A DNA stretch of 64,000 nucleotides. It comes from Mobula hypostoma (lineage: Eukaryota). This document shows, piece after piece, positions 40,276-52,061 of the stretch. The stretch is taken from positions 12,152,001-12,216,000 of the forward strand of contig NC_086112.1 of assembly GCF_963921235.1 (NCBI RefSeq). Direction: 5' to 3'. The notes under the pieces are model-generated. The model was not told the DNA's origin, ran no database searches, and saw only the letters and a program-made list of their open reading frames with translations. Within the stretch, counting starts at the first letter, position 1, and every line of letters begins with the position of its first letter. The translations under genes and the position numbers were made by a program.

Positions 40276-40583
40276 ATGGCAGGTATGATGTTTCGAATGG
40301 TCTTTCTACTTCTCGTATTTTCGAAGATTTACTGGCGTTCTCGATCTCGAAAAAGTCCTGTAGGCTTAAAAGCTGAAAACTTTCTGTCAAATACAAACTC
40401 CACCCCCGCCCTCTGGCTGAGGAATCACAGCCTAAAACTGTGTGGGTTAATTAACCCCAATGTAATGCATTGACCGCATTTCTGACAGCCACTTCAGTTC
40501 CTGTTTGTACCTTTGATCGCCAAGTGCCAGAGGCGAGGGTTTCAGACTGTTACAACAGCCCTGACGGCCTCGTTCACATTTAC

Positions 40584-40630
40584 CGCCGAGCTCTCGCCGA
40601 AGCTGCTTCATCAAGTTTAATGCGCAGCTG
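40584..40630 (-). other. XRCC4: Putative XRCC4 exon 1 (5' boundary approximate)
   Basis: Minus-strand donor GCG|gtaaat (GT at 40583-40582) at the left edge of the CCAAT array in the only promoter-like CpG island upstream of XRCC4. Alternative donors lie near 40510 and 40889. Confidence 0.5.
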
Positions 40631-40636
40631 CCGGCG

Positions 40637-40860
40637 TTCACCAATCATGTGCCAGCTCCCGCCGCTGGCGAACACCAATGCTGTCGGAGTTTCCATCGGC
40701 GTTCACCAGTGCTGTCACAGTTCCCACCGTCCTCCGCCAATCCTATCAGAGCCCTTGAAGCCAGCATTCAACCAATCCGGTCACAGTTTCCCAGTTCTTT
40801 CCACAGGCTCACCAATCCTGTTTCAGCTCCTAACTCCTTCCACCAATTCCGTCACCGCTA
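40637..40860 (+). repeat. Degenerate 7-unit ~31-40 bp repeat, each unit carrying a CCAAT box
   Basis: CCAAT at 40641, 40675, 40737, 40772, 40812, 40843 and CCAGT at 40706; unit consensus approximately CACCAATCCTGTCACAG. Confidence 0.75.
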
Positions 40861-41025
40861 GCTCCGCGATGACGTTTTACCCCGACTGACCGCTCTGCCG
40901 TGCCGGATCGGCTGGAAGTTGGGAGTTGTGTGAAACGTCATCATATTGTGCTGGTGCGATCGCAGCCCCGGGGAGAGGAACTTCCGGCTCGGGCGGAAAT
41001 GTGATGTGGCTATGAAGTACGCACG

Positions 41026-41028
41026 ATG
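41026..41028 (+). CDS. TMEM167A: Putative TMEM167A (kish-A) exon 1: start codon only, followed directly by a splice donor
   Basis: acgATG|gtgagt, a consensus donor immediately after ATG in the CpG island. In vertebrates TMEM167A lies head-to-head with XRCC4 and its exon 1 contributes only the ATG (recalled). Exon 2 (SAIFNFQSLL...) was not found in the window. Confidence 0.6.
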
Positions 41029-41321
41029 GTGAGTGAGGCGTCGACATTTGCTCCTCAGGAAGGCCTGTGCTGCTTAATTCCGAGTTGGTGGTGGTATTGT
41101 AGTGTCTCCACTGCCAACCGTTTGGCTTAGTGTTTATTTTCGGTGGGGATGGTAGTGGCATCGTCAGTGCGAGAGGTGGGAGCTTTCAGGGTGAGGGATG
41201 TTTCCTTAGGTTTATTATGTATGTCGTAAAATGTGTTGTTTTGCAGCAGCAGTGCGGATCAGGCATAAATGTACAATTGATTACAAAATAAATAGTTCAT
41301 AGAAAGAGGAATTGCAAAGCC

Positions 41322-41580
41322 ATAAACACAAGATTCTGCAGAAGCTGGAAATCCAGAGGGACACACACAAAGTGCTGGAGGAACTCAGCAGGTCAGGCAA
41401 CAGCTATGGAGGGGAATGAACAGTCGATGTTTCGGACTGACACCTATCATCAGGACTGGACTGGAAAGGAACGGAGCAGACCCCGGAATAGGAAGGTGTG
41501 AGGACCATAAGCTGGCAGGTGATAGGGTGATAGGCAAGACAAGGTGAAGAGGAAGATGGGAGGATGAAGTAAGTTGGTAA
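41322..41580 (-). mobile_element. Penelope pLTR fragment
   Basis: aacacaagattctgcagaagctggaaatcc...gctggaggaactcagcaggtcaggc; degenerate hammerhead at 41422-41457. Confidence 0.75.
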
Positions 41581-44261
41581 GGAATTGCAAAGCAGTGTTC
41601 ATAGTTTCAGGAATTTGATGGCGGAAGGGAAAAAAAACGATGTTTAGCTCAGCAAGTAGCTAATCCTCCAAGGGGACCAATATCCGCCGCGGGAACTAAA
41701 GGCCGATGATTATGAGAGTTATTAGGTGCAATGTAATGTCGTTTTCTCGGCATCAATTACATTGCTACAAATACCACAATTATTTCGTTCTCCTTTACGC
41801 CTGTGCACAGAAATGACAATAAACAATCTTAAATCTCGAATTTCAGGCTTTGATTATCTCCTTCCAGTTTTCTTGGTACAAGATTAATAAATGTACTGAA
41901 AATTATGACTTGCCCAGCCGATGAGCTGAGAGATGAACTCATTAGTTTCTGGGCATAAAATAATGCTTATTAGATAAAGCTATTAATATGCTCTACGCAG
42001 TTCTGGATTTTAGACTAGTCCTGTCATTTGTAAATGGTATCAATACAGCATTTGTTGACTAGTTCTAGTGTGTTCTTGGGCTACTTAATTTACTATCTTT
42101 AAACACTACATGATAAATATGTTCTAGTTTAGTCCTAAATTGCCTTTCTGTTTGTAATGGCCTTGCAGATGTCGTAACTGGACTTCTGTGACTCTTGTTT
42201 GCCAGCCCTTAATGGCACCTATCTAGCCTTCAACATATTTGACCCCCTTTCATCAAGCAGAAGGTACTGTAGCATTAGGACAAGAACTGTGAGAATGGGG
42301 AAACAGCTCCCCCCCCCCCACCCAGGCTGTAAAACGACTGAACTCCCTGCCTCTATCCAGGTCTCATCACGTATGAAGCATCAGTAGCGTTATACTCTTT
42401 ACTTTTTGAAGTGTTGTAAATGCACCTTATTTGTTAATTTATTTGTGGTAATATTACTTTGTGTGTAAGTTACATGTACTATGTTGTGCACCTTGATCCG
42501 GAGGAACTTTGTCTCGTTTGGAGGGAGACGTGTGTACAGTTGAATGACAGTAAATAAGAACTTTATTTGATAAGCTTAAGGAACACAGTAAATATAAATG
42601 GATAAGATTAACTTGTCTACACGGATTTATTGTATGTACATAAACTGACATTAGGTACATAATGATCTCTACATAAGGTGACTGACAGGAAATGATAAAG
42701 TACTGGTGGGGGTGGGGGGTTTGTGGGTGGAGGTTTTGATCAGCCTGACAGCTGGGGAGAAATAACCAGTTTTTTGGGTCTGGTGGTCCTGGCATGGATG
42801 CTGCGTAGCCTTTTCCCTGATTGGACTGAGTTTGTAAGTAGGGTGGGTGCAATCCTTCATAATATCAATGGCCTTTTTCTAGCACCTTTCTGTATATATG
42901 TCCTTCATGGCGAGTATGCTAGTGCCAGTGATGGTGCTGAAGTTACTGGCTTGGCCACAGTAATGCAGTAGAATGTCTTCAGGTTCTGTTGTAAATTGTC
43001 ATAGCATGGCATTTCTAAGGCCAAAATGTTATTAGTCACATTTCATCCCATACCTGTTTGTTGTCTAGCTATATGCAGGCATGACTCCTTCATTCAATGA
43101 AGAGCTCTGAGCGGAATTGAATGTAGAACATGGAATATAACAACACAATGCAGGCCCTTCAGCCCATTTAGATCTTTTAACATAAGACCAGTCTAACCTT
43201 TCCCTTCCACCTAGCCCTCATTTTGAAAGCAGGGTGTTCCATGCGCCCACCACTCTCTGTTTAGAGAAAAAAAACTACCTCTGACAACCCCCGTACTTTC
43301 CTCCAATCACCTTAAAATTATGCTCTCTTATATTAGCCATTGCCACCCTGGGAAAAAGTCTCTAGCTGTCTATTCAATCTATGCCTCTTTCAAATCACCT
43401 CTCATTCTCTTTCACTCCAAAGGGAATACCATTGCGCAATTATTAGCAGACAAGATTTGAGATGGTTTAATATCATTTCCGGTACAAATGCTTGGAGAAC
43501 AAAATAACTTTTACTCCGGATCTGATGCAAGCAACACAAGATAAAGAACACAATGATAATGAAAACACTATATACAAATACATAAGAGCTTGTATACATT
43601 CATTTTATGTCCGTAAAGTGACACTAGGCTTTATATAAGGTGACTGACAGGAAATAAAAGTGGAGTTTTGGATGGAGGTGTTGATCAAATGCTACATAGC
43701 CTCCTCCCTGATGGGAATGGGACAAACAGTTCATGAGCAACTGATCTTAATTCATCAGTAATCCGCCTTTACCCCTTCTGTCAGTAGAAACAGTTTCATC
43801 GGGTTTAGTAGCTAAGCTACACGTGAACGCCAGGAGCTGGACTTGGTTGTCAGAGGCTATTTGAGATGCATGTCATTGGGAGCATTTATAGGTAGTGGCA
43901 GCTTGTCCCCATGACCACCCCGGCTATCTGGAGCTGGAGTCCTATCATCTGAAGGCAGACACTCAACGATTCAGGAACAGCTTCATCCCTCTGCCACCCG
44001 ATTTCTGAATGGACATTTGAAGACTATCGCACTACTTTTTTTATTTCTATTTTTGCACTACATATTTAATTTTGTAATTCAGCCTTTTTCTATGATTACG
44101 TATTGCATTTACTGCTGCTGCAAAGTTTCAAGACAAGTTTCAAGTCGTATGCTGGTGATATTAAACCTGATTTTGAATGTGGTTCAGGGGCCTGATGGTT
44201 GAGGGGTAATAACTGTTTCTGAACCTGATGTTATGGGTCCTGAATCTTCTGTACCACCTTG

Positions 44262-46275
44262 CAAGGCAACTTGGTAAGGCTCTGAAAACCTGTGCCAACC
44301 AACTGCCAGGAGTGTTCAGAGACATTTTCAATCTCTCATTGCTGCAGTCAGAAATGTCCACTTGCTTCAAAAGGACAACGATTGTACCAGTGCCCAAGAA
44401 GAGTACAGGTACTCCCCACTTGGAGTATTGTCAACAGTTTTCAGTCCCATGTCTCAGAAGGATGTGTTGTCATTGGAGAGTCCAGAGGAGGTTCACAAGG
44501 ATGATTCCAGGAATGAAGGGATTAACATATGAGGAGCGCTTAGCGGCTTTGGGCCTGTACTCATTGGAATTTAGAGGAGTGCCAGGGGATCTCATTAAAA
44601 CCTGCCAAATGTTGAAAGGACTGGATAGAGGGGATGTAGAGAGGATGTTTCCTCTGGTGGGGGTATCTGGAACTAGAGGGCCTCAAAATTGAGGGATGAC
44701 CTTTTAGAATGGACGTAAGGAGGAATTTTTTTTTGAGTCGAAGAGTGGTGAATCTCTGGAATGCTGAGCTGCAGACTGTGGTGGAGGCCAAGTCCGTGGG
44801 TATATTTAAGGCAGAAGTTGATAGTTTCATGATCAGTCAGGGCATCAAAGGATATGGCAAAAAAGCAGGTGTATGGGATTGCAAACAAGAGGAAATCTGC
44901 AGATGCTGGAATTTCAAGCAACACACACAAAAGTTGCTGGTGAACACAGCAGGCCAGGCAGCATGTATTGGAAGAGGTACAGTCTACCCGACGCAGACTG
45001 GGAGATCGTTTCACTGAACACCTACACTCTGTCCACCAGAGAAAGCAGGATCTCCCAGTGGCCACACATTTTAATTCCACATCCCATTCCCATTCTGATA
45101 TGTCTATCCACAGCCTCCTCTACTGTAAAGATGAAGCCACACTCAGGTTGGACGAACAACACCTTATATCCCGTCTGGGTAGCGTCCAACCTGATGGCAT
45201 GAACATTGACTTCTCAAATTTCCGCTAATGCCTCACCTCCCCCTCGTACCCCATCCGTTATTTATTTATATTCACACATTCTTTTTCTCTCTCTCCTTTT
45301 TCTCCCTCTGTCTCTCTCACTATGCCCCTTGCCCATCCTCTGGGCTTTTTTCCCCCATCCCCCTTTTCTTTCTCCCTGGGCCTCCTATCCCATGATCCTC
45401 TCATCCCTTTTGCCAATCAACTGTCCAGCTATTGGCTCCATTCTCCCCCCCCCCCCGCCGTCTTCCATCATTTCAGATCTCCCCCTTCCCCCTCCCACTT
45501 TCAAATCTCTTACTCGCTCTTTCAGTTAGTCCTAATGAAGGGTCTGGGCCCGAAACGTCGACTGTACCTCTTCCTTGAGATACTGCCTGACCTGCTGCAT
45601 TCACCAGCAACTTTTATTTCTATGGCATTGAGTGGGATTAGGGATCAGCCATGATGGAATGGCGGAGCAGATTTGATGGGCTGAATGACCTAATTCTGCT
45701 CCTATGTTTTATGGTCTTAAGAGTAGTGTGAGCTGTCTTAATGACTATCGTCCAGTAGCACACACAACAACAGTGATGAAGTGCTTTAAGAGATTGGTTA
45801 TGGCTAGAATTAGCTGCCTCAGTAAGGACCTGGACCACTGCAATTTGCCCTTCACGATCTCCCTGGCTCCCATGCAGCTTGGGTCATTTGGACAGTACAA
45901 ATACCTATGTCAGGATACTGTTTATTGATGACAGCTCAGCATTTAACACCATCATTCCCACAGTTCTGAATGAAAAACTCCAGAACTTGGGCCTCTTTAC
46001 CATCTTCTGCAACTGGATCCTCGACTTCCTAACCAGAAGACCACAGTCTGTGCGCATTGAAAATAAAATCTCCACCTCGTTGACAATTAGCATTGGCACT
46101 CTTAACAATGTGTGCTTAGCTCACTGCCCTGCTCTCTACACCCATGACTGTGCAGCCAAGCACAGCTCAAATATCATCTAGAAGAATGCTGATGTTAGAA
46201 CCATTGTTGGCAGAATCTCAGATAGTGAAGAGAGGGCATACAGGAACAAGACAGATCAGCCAGTTGAGTGGCATA
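44262..46275 (+). mobile_element. Rex1 RT fragment split by a CR1 (44406-45718), itself split by a Penelope (44882-45620)
   Basis: Rex ALKTCANQL...IVPVPKK resumes as [10 protein letters not shown] at 45726; 7-bp TSD aagagta at 44399-44405 and 45719-45725; Penelope TSD tatgggattg/tatggcattg at 44872 and 45621. Confidence 0.85.
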
Positions 46276-46287
46276 TGATATTAAACC

Positions 46288-47581
46288 AACCTTATGCTAC
46301 CAACCTTATAGTTCCCACACCTCGCACTTCCGGTTTCTACCACCTACACAAGATCCACAAATCTGCCTGTCCTGGCAGACCTATTGTCTCAGCTTGCTCC
46401 TGCCCCACCGAACTCGTTTCTGCATACCTCGACACGGTTTTAATCCCCCCTTGTTCAATCCCTTCCTACCTATGTTCATGACACTTCTCACTCTCTTAAA
46501 CTTTTCGATGATTTTAAGTTCCCTGGCCCCCACCACTTTATTTTCACCATGGATCTCCAGTCGCTATATACTTCCATCCCCCATCAGGAAGGCCTCAAAG
46601 CTCTCCGCTTCTTTTTGGATTCCAGACCTAATCAGTTCTCCTCTACCACCACTCTGCTCCGTCTAGCAGAATTAGTCCTTACTTTTAATAATCTTCGACT
46701 CCCTTGTCCCTTGTCCATTCATCCCCCCCATCCCTCCCCACTGATCTCCCTCCTGGCACTTATCCGTGTAAGCGGAACAAGTGCTACACATGCCCTTACA
46801 CTTCCTCCCTTACCACCATTCAGGGCCCCAGACAGTCCTTCCAGGTGAGGCGACACTTCACCTGTGAGTCGGCTGGGGTGATGTACTGCGTCCGGTGCTC
46901 CCGATGTGGCCTTTTATATATTGGTGAGACCCGACGCAGACTGGGAGACCGCTTTGCTGAGCACCTTCGCTCTGTCCGCCAGAGAAAGCAGGATCTCCCA
47001 GTGGTCACACATTTTAATTCCACGTCCCATTCCCATTCTGACATGTCTATCCACGGCCTCCTCTACTGTAGAGATGAAGCCACACTCAGGTTGGAGGAAC
47101 AACACCTTATATTCCGTCTGGGTAGCCTCCAACCTGATGGCATGAACATTGACTTCTTTAACTTAGGCTAATAAACTTAGGCTAATGCCCCTCCTCCCCC
47201 TCGTACCCCATCCGTTATTTATTTTTATACACACATTCTTTCTCTCACTCTCCTTTTTCTCCCTCTGTCCCTCTGACTATACCCCTTGCCTATCCTCTGG
47301 GTTTCCCCCCCACCCTTGTCTTTCTCCCCGGACCTCCTGTCCCATGACCCTCTCATATCCCCTTTGCCAATCACCTGTCCAGCTCTTGGCTCCGTCCCTC
47401 CCCCTCCTGTCTTCTCCTATCATTTTGGATCTCCCCCTCCCCCTCCCACTTTCAAATCTCTTACTAGCTCTTTCTTCAGTTAGTCCTGACGAAGGGTCTC
47501 TGCCTGAAACGTCGACTGTACCTCTTCCTAGAGATGCTGCCTGGCCTGCTGCGTTCACCAGCAACTTTGATGTGTGTTGCC
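46288..47581 (+). mobile_element. Penelope-like element with internally deleted RT, GIY-YIG endonuclease and pLTR
   Basis: RT remnants (FYHLHKIHK..PGRPIVS; MDLQSLYTSIPH); ORF 46704-47171 with Cys-rich linker and VMYCVRCSRCGLLYIGET...RFAEH...GMN; 12-bp TSD tgatattaaacc at 46276-46287 and 47582-47593. Confidence 0.92.
47482..47517 (+). ncRNA. Minimal type I hammerhead ribozyme motif in the Penelope pLTR, intact core
   Basis: AGTC-CTGACGA-AGGGTCTCTGCCT-GAAAC-GTC-GACT. Confidence 0.72.
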
Positions 47582-48339
47582 TGATATTAAACCTGATTCA
47601 GATTCTGATTCCTGATGGCAGCAGCCATGAGCATACCTGTTTGGTGGGTCCTGGATAATAAATGTTCTTTCCTGTGTGCTCTGTATAGATGTGCTCAATG
47701 TCGGGGAAGGCTTTACCTGTGATGGACTGGGCTATATCCACTACATTTGTAGGATTTTCCGTTCAGAGGCATTTTGTGTTTCCGTACCAGACTGTGATGT
47801 AACCAGTCAATATCCTCTCCACCACAAGTTTATAGAAGTTTGCCAAAGTTAAAATGTTCACAGTATGTAACAAATGGCATTATTTACTTCATTACTCAGA
47901 ATTGACAATGCTTCCTTTGAATTGCATTTCTATAGTAGGAGCCACCTCTGCATGTTCAAATTCCTTGGCTGGGGCAAATTAATTGACATAATATCAATCC
48001 GTTAATTCAAGTCACATTGGTGCAAATTACTTAATCTTATTGCTTAAATGCTGGATTGATGCAGGGCGATTAACACAACCTCATTTGGCTCTTAAGTCTG
48101 TGATCCATTTACTGGTTGCTATACTTGGGTAACTCCAGAATACTGCCTAACACTCCTGTCCTACGGTAGCAAAAGGTTTTGTAAAGGAGGGCTAGATGTA
48201 GTGGCTGATGTTGTTCCCTGCATTCTTCAGAAATGCTAGATGGTGAGGAACCCTTCCCTCATGAATAATGCATTTTCTTTATCATGTAAACCTGGGAGGC
48301 AGAGGACTAATCTAGAAGGTTAGACCTTATAAAAACAAG

Positions 48340-50775
48340 TTTTTTTTATTATTAATTTTTTATTGCAACACCAACAAATTACATTCAATACAACCAGTTG
48401 CCAATTACATTTTGACTGTTAAACCCAGCCACCCCCCAACCTTCATCACCATCCCCCTCCACCCCTCTTTCCCCCCATCCCTCTCCCCTCCACCAATTAA
48501 CTGAATAGTAGTGCATACACAGACAAAGCATTCCTATTTTAACAAATTATCTTTTACGTTAGATGTCAAATTTGTCCACATTAAGATTGTGTTTGGTCGT
48601 GCATCATTTACTCTTGCTGATGAAAGTTCCAGGTGAGAAATGTCCAAAAAGCTCTGAAGCCAGTGAGTATTTGAAATATCATGGGGAGGTTTCCAACTCT
48701 GGACTACAATCTTCTTAGCTGCAGTCAGGCCTGCCAGCCAAACTTTGCGTGTTTTTTTCCGTAAGGAAAAGGTGGGAGACATCATTTAGAAGATGTACAG
48801 CGGGGTCTATTGGTAACTGTACCCCAGTTAGTTCTGTAAGAGTACTGATAACCTTCCCCCCACAAACCAAAAACCCCTGGACATTCCCATACAACATGTA
48901 TAAATGAGCCAATGGCTCCATGGGGGAAAATGAGCAAGATGGGTCAGGAACCAGTCCCATTTGATGTCTAATTCTCATGTTAAATATGCTCTATGACAAA
49001 ATTTCAAGTGTATATACCGATGATTTGGGTTTTTCGAAGCACCGGCAGCATTATCCCAAATCGCACCCCAGTCTAAGTCTCGTCCCAATTCAGATATGTC
49101 CCTATCCCAAGCTTTCATTCCCAATATGGGCATATAATTCTGGGAGTTTAATTTATCATAGATATATGACACTATCTGTCCTGGAGCACTCTGTATCCAA
49201 TTTAAAATGGGATGATCCTTTAAATCTGACCCCCAGGGAACGCCGTAGGCTTTACGAGCTGATCTTACTCGAAAATAGAAAAAAAGAGTGTTTATCAATA
49301 TTATATCGAAATATCAGTTCTTGAAAGCTAAGGATAGTACTTGCCCCATTAATATCTTGCAGAGTAGTAATACCTTTATCCTCCCAAGTTCTGTTAGTGA
49401 ATGGATTCCCCCCAGATAGAAAACGATTATTGTTCCATAATGGAGATGATTTACACCATACACTTTTAAATTTTAGGAATTTTTCTGCTGCTCTAAACAC
49501 TTGTAGCATATGGGTTAAAATTGGACTGTAATGCAAATCACATTTTTTGGTAGACATACCTATAAGGAGAAAGTCCTTCAACCTTATTGGTGCTATTAGC
49601 TCTTGTTCTATATTTTTCCAGGACCAAACTTTATCCTCCTCCATCCAATAGCTAAGACTTTTTTAGTACAAATGCCCAGTGATACAATTTAAAATTTGGA
49701 TATACCAATCCCCCATTTGACTTTTTGAATTGTCTTCCTCTATTTTTTAGAGGACACCAAAACTCTAAACTCTCCTATTACATTGGATGAGCTACTCAAA
49801 GCAGTCAAAGCTACAAATAAGGGCTGTACGCCAGGCATAGATGGCATACCTGTGGAACTTTACCAAGCACTTTGGGATATTCTTGGACCAGTATGGTTAG
49901 AAACATTAAATTATGCTTTTGGAAATGGCGTTTTCCATAGAGATCTAAACACAGCCCTAATCACAGATATACCTAAGCCCGGTAAGGACCCCTTGGAGTG
50001 TGCCACTTACCATCCAATCTCCTTGATAAATGCCAACCTCAAGATATTTTCCAAAGTCTTAGCCAGTAGACTTGAGACAGTAGTTGGGAAACTAATTAGC
50101 CCAGATCAAACGGGCTTTATCAAGGGGCGTCTCGCATCTGATAATATTTGCCGGCTCTTACACGTACTGAGTGCAACACATAAAATCCCACCTGCCTGTG
50201 GCCTGCTATTTCTAGATGCTGAAAAAGCGTTCGATCACCTCGAATGGCCATATCTTTGGAGAGTTCTAAAAGAATTTAAGTTTGGCGATAAATTTATCAA
50301 TATAATTCGAACACTGTATGCTAATCCTTCAGCCCAGGTATGTGTGGGAGGAGGTTTCTCAGAATTATTTGACATAAGACGGGGCACACGACAAGGGGAC
50401 CCTTTGTCTCCTTTAATTTTTAATATATCTATTGAACCTCTTGCACATTTAATTAGAAACTCTCCTCAGATCTCCCCTATTACAATAGGTACAACATTGC
50501 ATTCAATATCACTTTACGCGGACGACACGCTAGTTTATATGGCGAATGTTCAACAAACTGTCCCCTATGTTTTAAAAACGCTGGAGCAATTTGGATTTCT
50601 TTCAGGATACAAAGTTAATTTGTTAAGATCAGCATTGATGCTGATTAATACGGATAAAAGTCAGGTGTCTCTTCCTCCCCAAATTAAAGTTACAAATGAG
50701 GTCCTGTACTTGGGTATTAAAGTTAATACTTCCCTATGATCTGTTGCTAAAACAAATTACTCTTTAATTCTAACA
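48340..50775 (-). mobile_element. L1-clade LINE, 5'-truncated with a 5' inversion
   Basis: A-rich tail on minus at about 48340-48362; ORF2 C-terminus on minus (GGLVYPNFKLYHWA...SPLWNN); RT on plus at 49783-50739 (PGIDG, DAEKAFD, RGTRQGDPLSP, LYADD, YLGI). Confidence 0.9.
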
Positions 50776-51788
50776 AACGTTGAGTTTATTGTCATATGCA
50801 TAGTGTGGAAGGCGTGCAGAAGTTCAGCGCTGAATGCCTTCCGTTTGGTTGCTGCCAGAGAAGGAATGTGTGAGTGGCCCATAGCTGTGTGGCTCGCTGT
50901 GGTTTTTCTGCCTCGCGGTGTTCCTTTCTTTTGATGAATGTCGGTGATATTGGAGGATGGTATCGTGGTTCTATGTTTGTGGATTGGACTATTAAGTTTA
51001 TTGACTGGACTTTTTCAGACCTATGGTTTTTAATGTTATGTGATTTATCACCCGTTCCTTTTCCATTTGTTGTTTGAGGGGAGGCTCTTAGGGCATTAAT
51101 GTTCTGTTAGTTTTTTTGTGTGGTGGAGGGGTTGGGGTTTTTGGGGGTTGATGTTCTCGTTTCATTTTGTGTGGGGAGAGGGTGTTTGGGGATGGATCGG
51201 GATCCTTTTTTTGTGCAGTTGGGGGTGGGGATGGGTTTGATGTTTCTCTCTGAATGAATTTCATGTTCTTTCTTTGTTTTGTGGCTATCTGGAGAAGACA
51301 AATTTCAGAGTTGTATACAGATACTTGCCTTGATACTAAGTGAACCTTTGAATATGTGCACCAGTGCAGTGGAAAAACTTGTAGCAGCATCACAGGCACA
51401 TTGCATCATATAAGCAGCATTAAACACAATCAAATTAAATATAAATTATTTAAAAATGACAAGAGAAACACAATTAGAACAAAAAAAAGTAAATTGTAGC
51501 ACTAACAATCAAGAGTGGTCATAGTGTTTCTAAACTGTGTGATTGGGGTTGTGCTAAGGTTGGTTGAACGGAAATCACTGTTCTTGAATCTTGTGATGTG
51601 GGATTTGAAGGTTCTGTGCCTCTTTTCCAATGGAAGTTGGATAATGATGGCATGGTGCAGATGGTGGGTTCTTTGGTGGATATTGCCTTATTGTGGCAGT
51701 GCCTCCTGTAGATTCAGTGATGTGCCCAAAGGTTGAGCTTTGCATAGAGCGTACAAGTTTGAGTCGGTAGGCAGCTGCTGTGGATGGA

Positions 51789-52061
51789 TAAAAGTTGCTG
51801 GTGAACACAGCAGGCCAGGCAGCATCTATTGGAAGAGGTACAGTTGACGTTTCGGGCTGAGACCCTTCGTCAGGACTAACTGAAAGAAGAGCTAGTAAGA
51901 GATTTGAAAGTGGGAGGGGGAGGGAGAGAGTCCTGACAAAGGGTCTCGGCCCGAAACGTCGATTGTACCTCTTCCAATAAATGCTGCCTGGCCTGCTGCG
52001 TTCAACAGCAACTTTTATGTGTGTTGCTTGAAATTCCAGCATCTGCAGATTTCCTCGTGTT
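51789..52061. mobile_element. Penelope pLTR fold-back mini-element with a hammerhead motif on each strand
   Basis: 13-bp TSD tgctgtggatgga at 51776-51788 and 52062-52074; about 88-bp inverted arms; hammerhead motifs at 51842-51877 (-) and 51929-51964 (+). Confidence 0.85.

Larger units (their letters stand above)
40300..41170. promoter_or_regulatory. CpG island / bidirectional promoter
   Basis: Sharp rise in CpG and GC against a CpG-depleted background. Six CCAAT boxes, ETS-like GGAA motifs (40914, 40977-40986, 40994), inverted TGACG half-sites (40868-40880, 40930-40942), a near-ZNF143 motif (ACACAACTCCCA on minus, ~40920-40931), and divergent splice donors on both sides. Confidence 0.85.

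Noticed and set aside
40637-40860. CRISPR-like repeat-spacer reading of the promoter repeat
   Set aside because: Eukaryotic context, degenerate units and no cas genes; better explained as CCAAT modules.
40470-41161. ORFs of 139, 70 and 94 aa in the CpG island
   Set aside because: GC-rich, stop-poor promoter sequence with no recognisable homology.
44228-44692. 154-aa ORF fusing Rex RT and CR1 C-terminal sequence
   Set aside because: Chance in-frame junction at the TSD-defined CR1 insertion site; no sign of a real gene.
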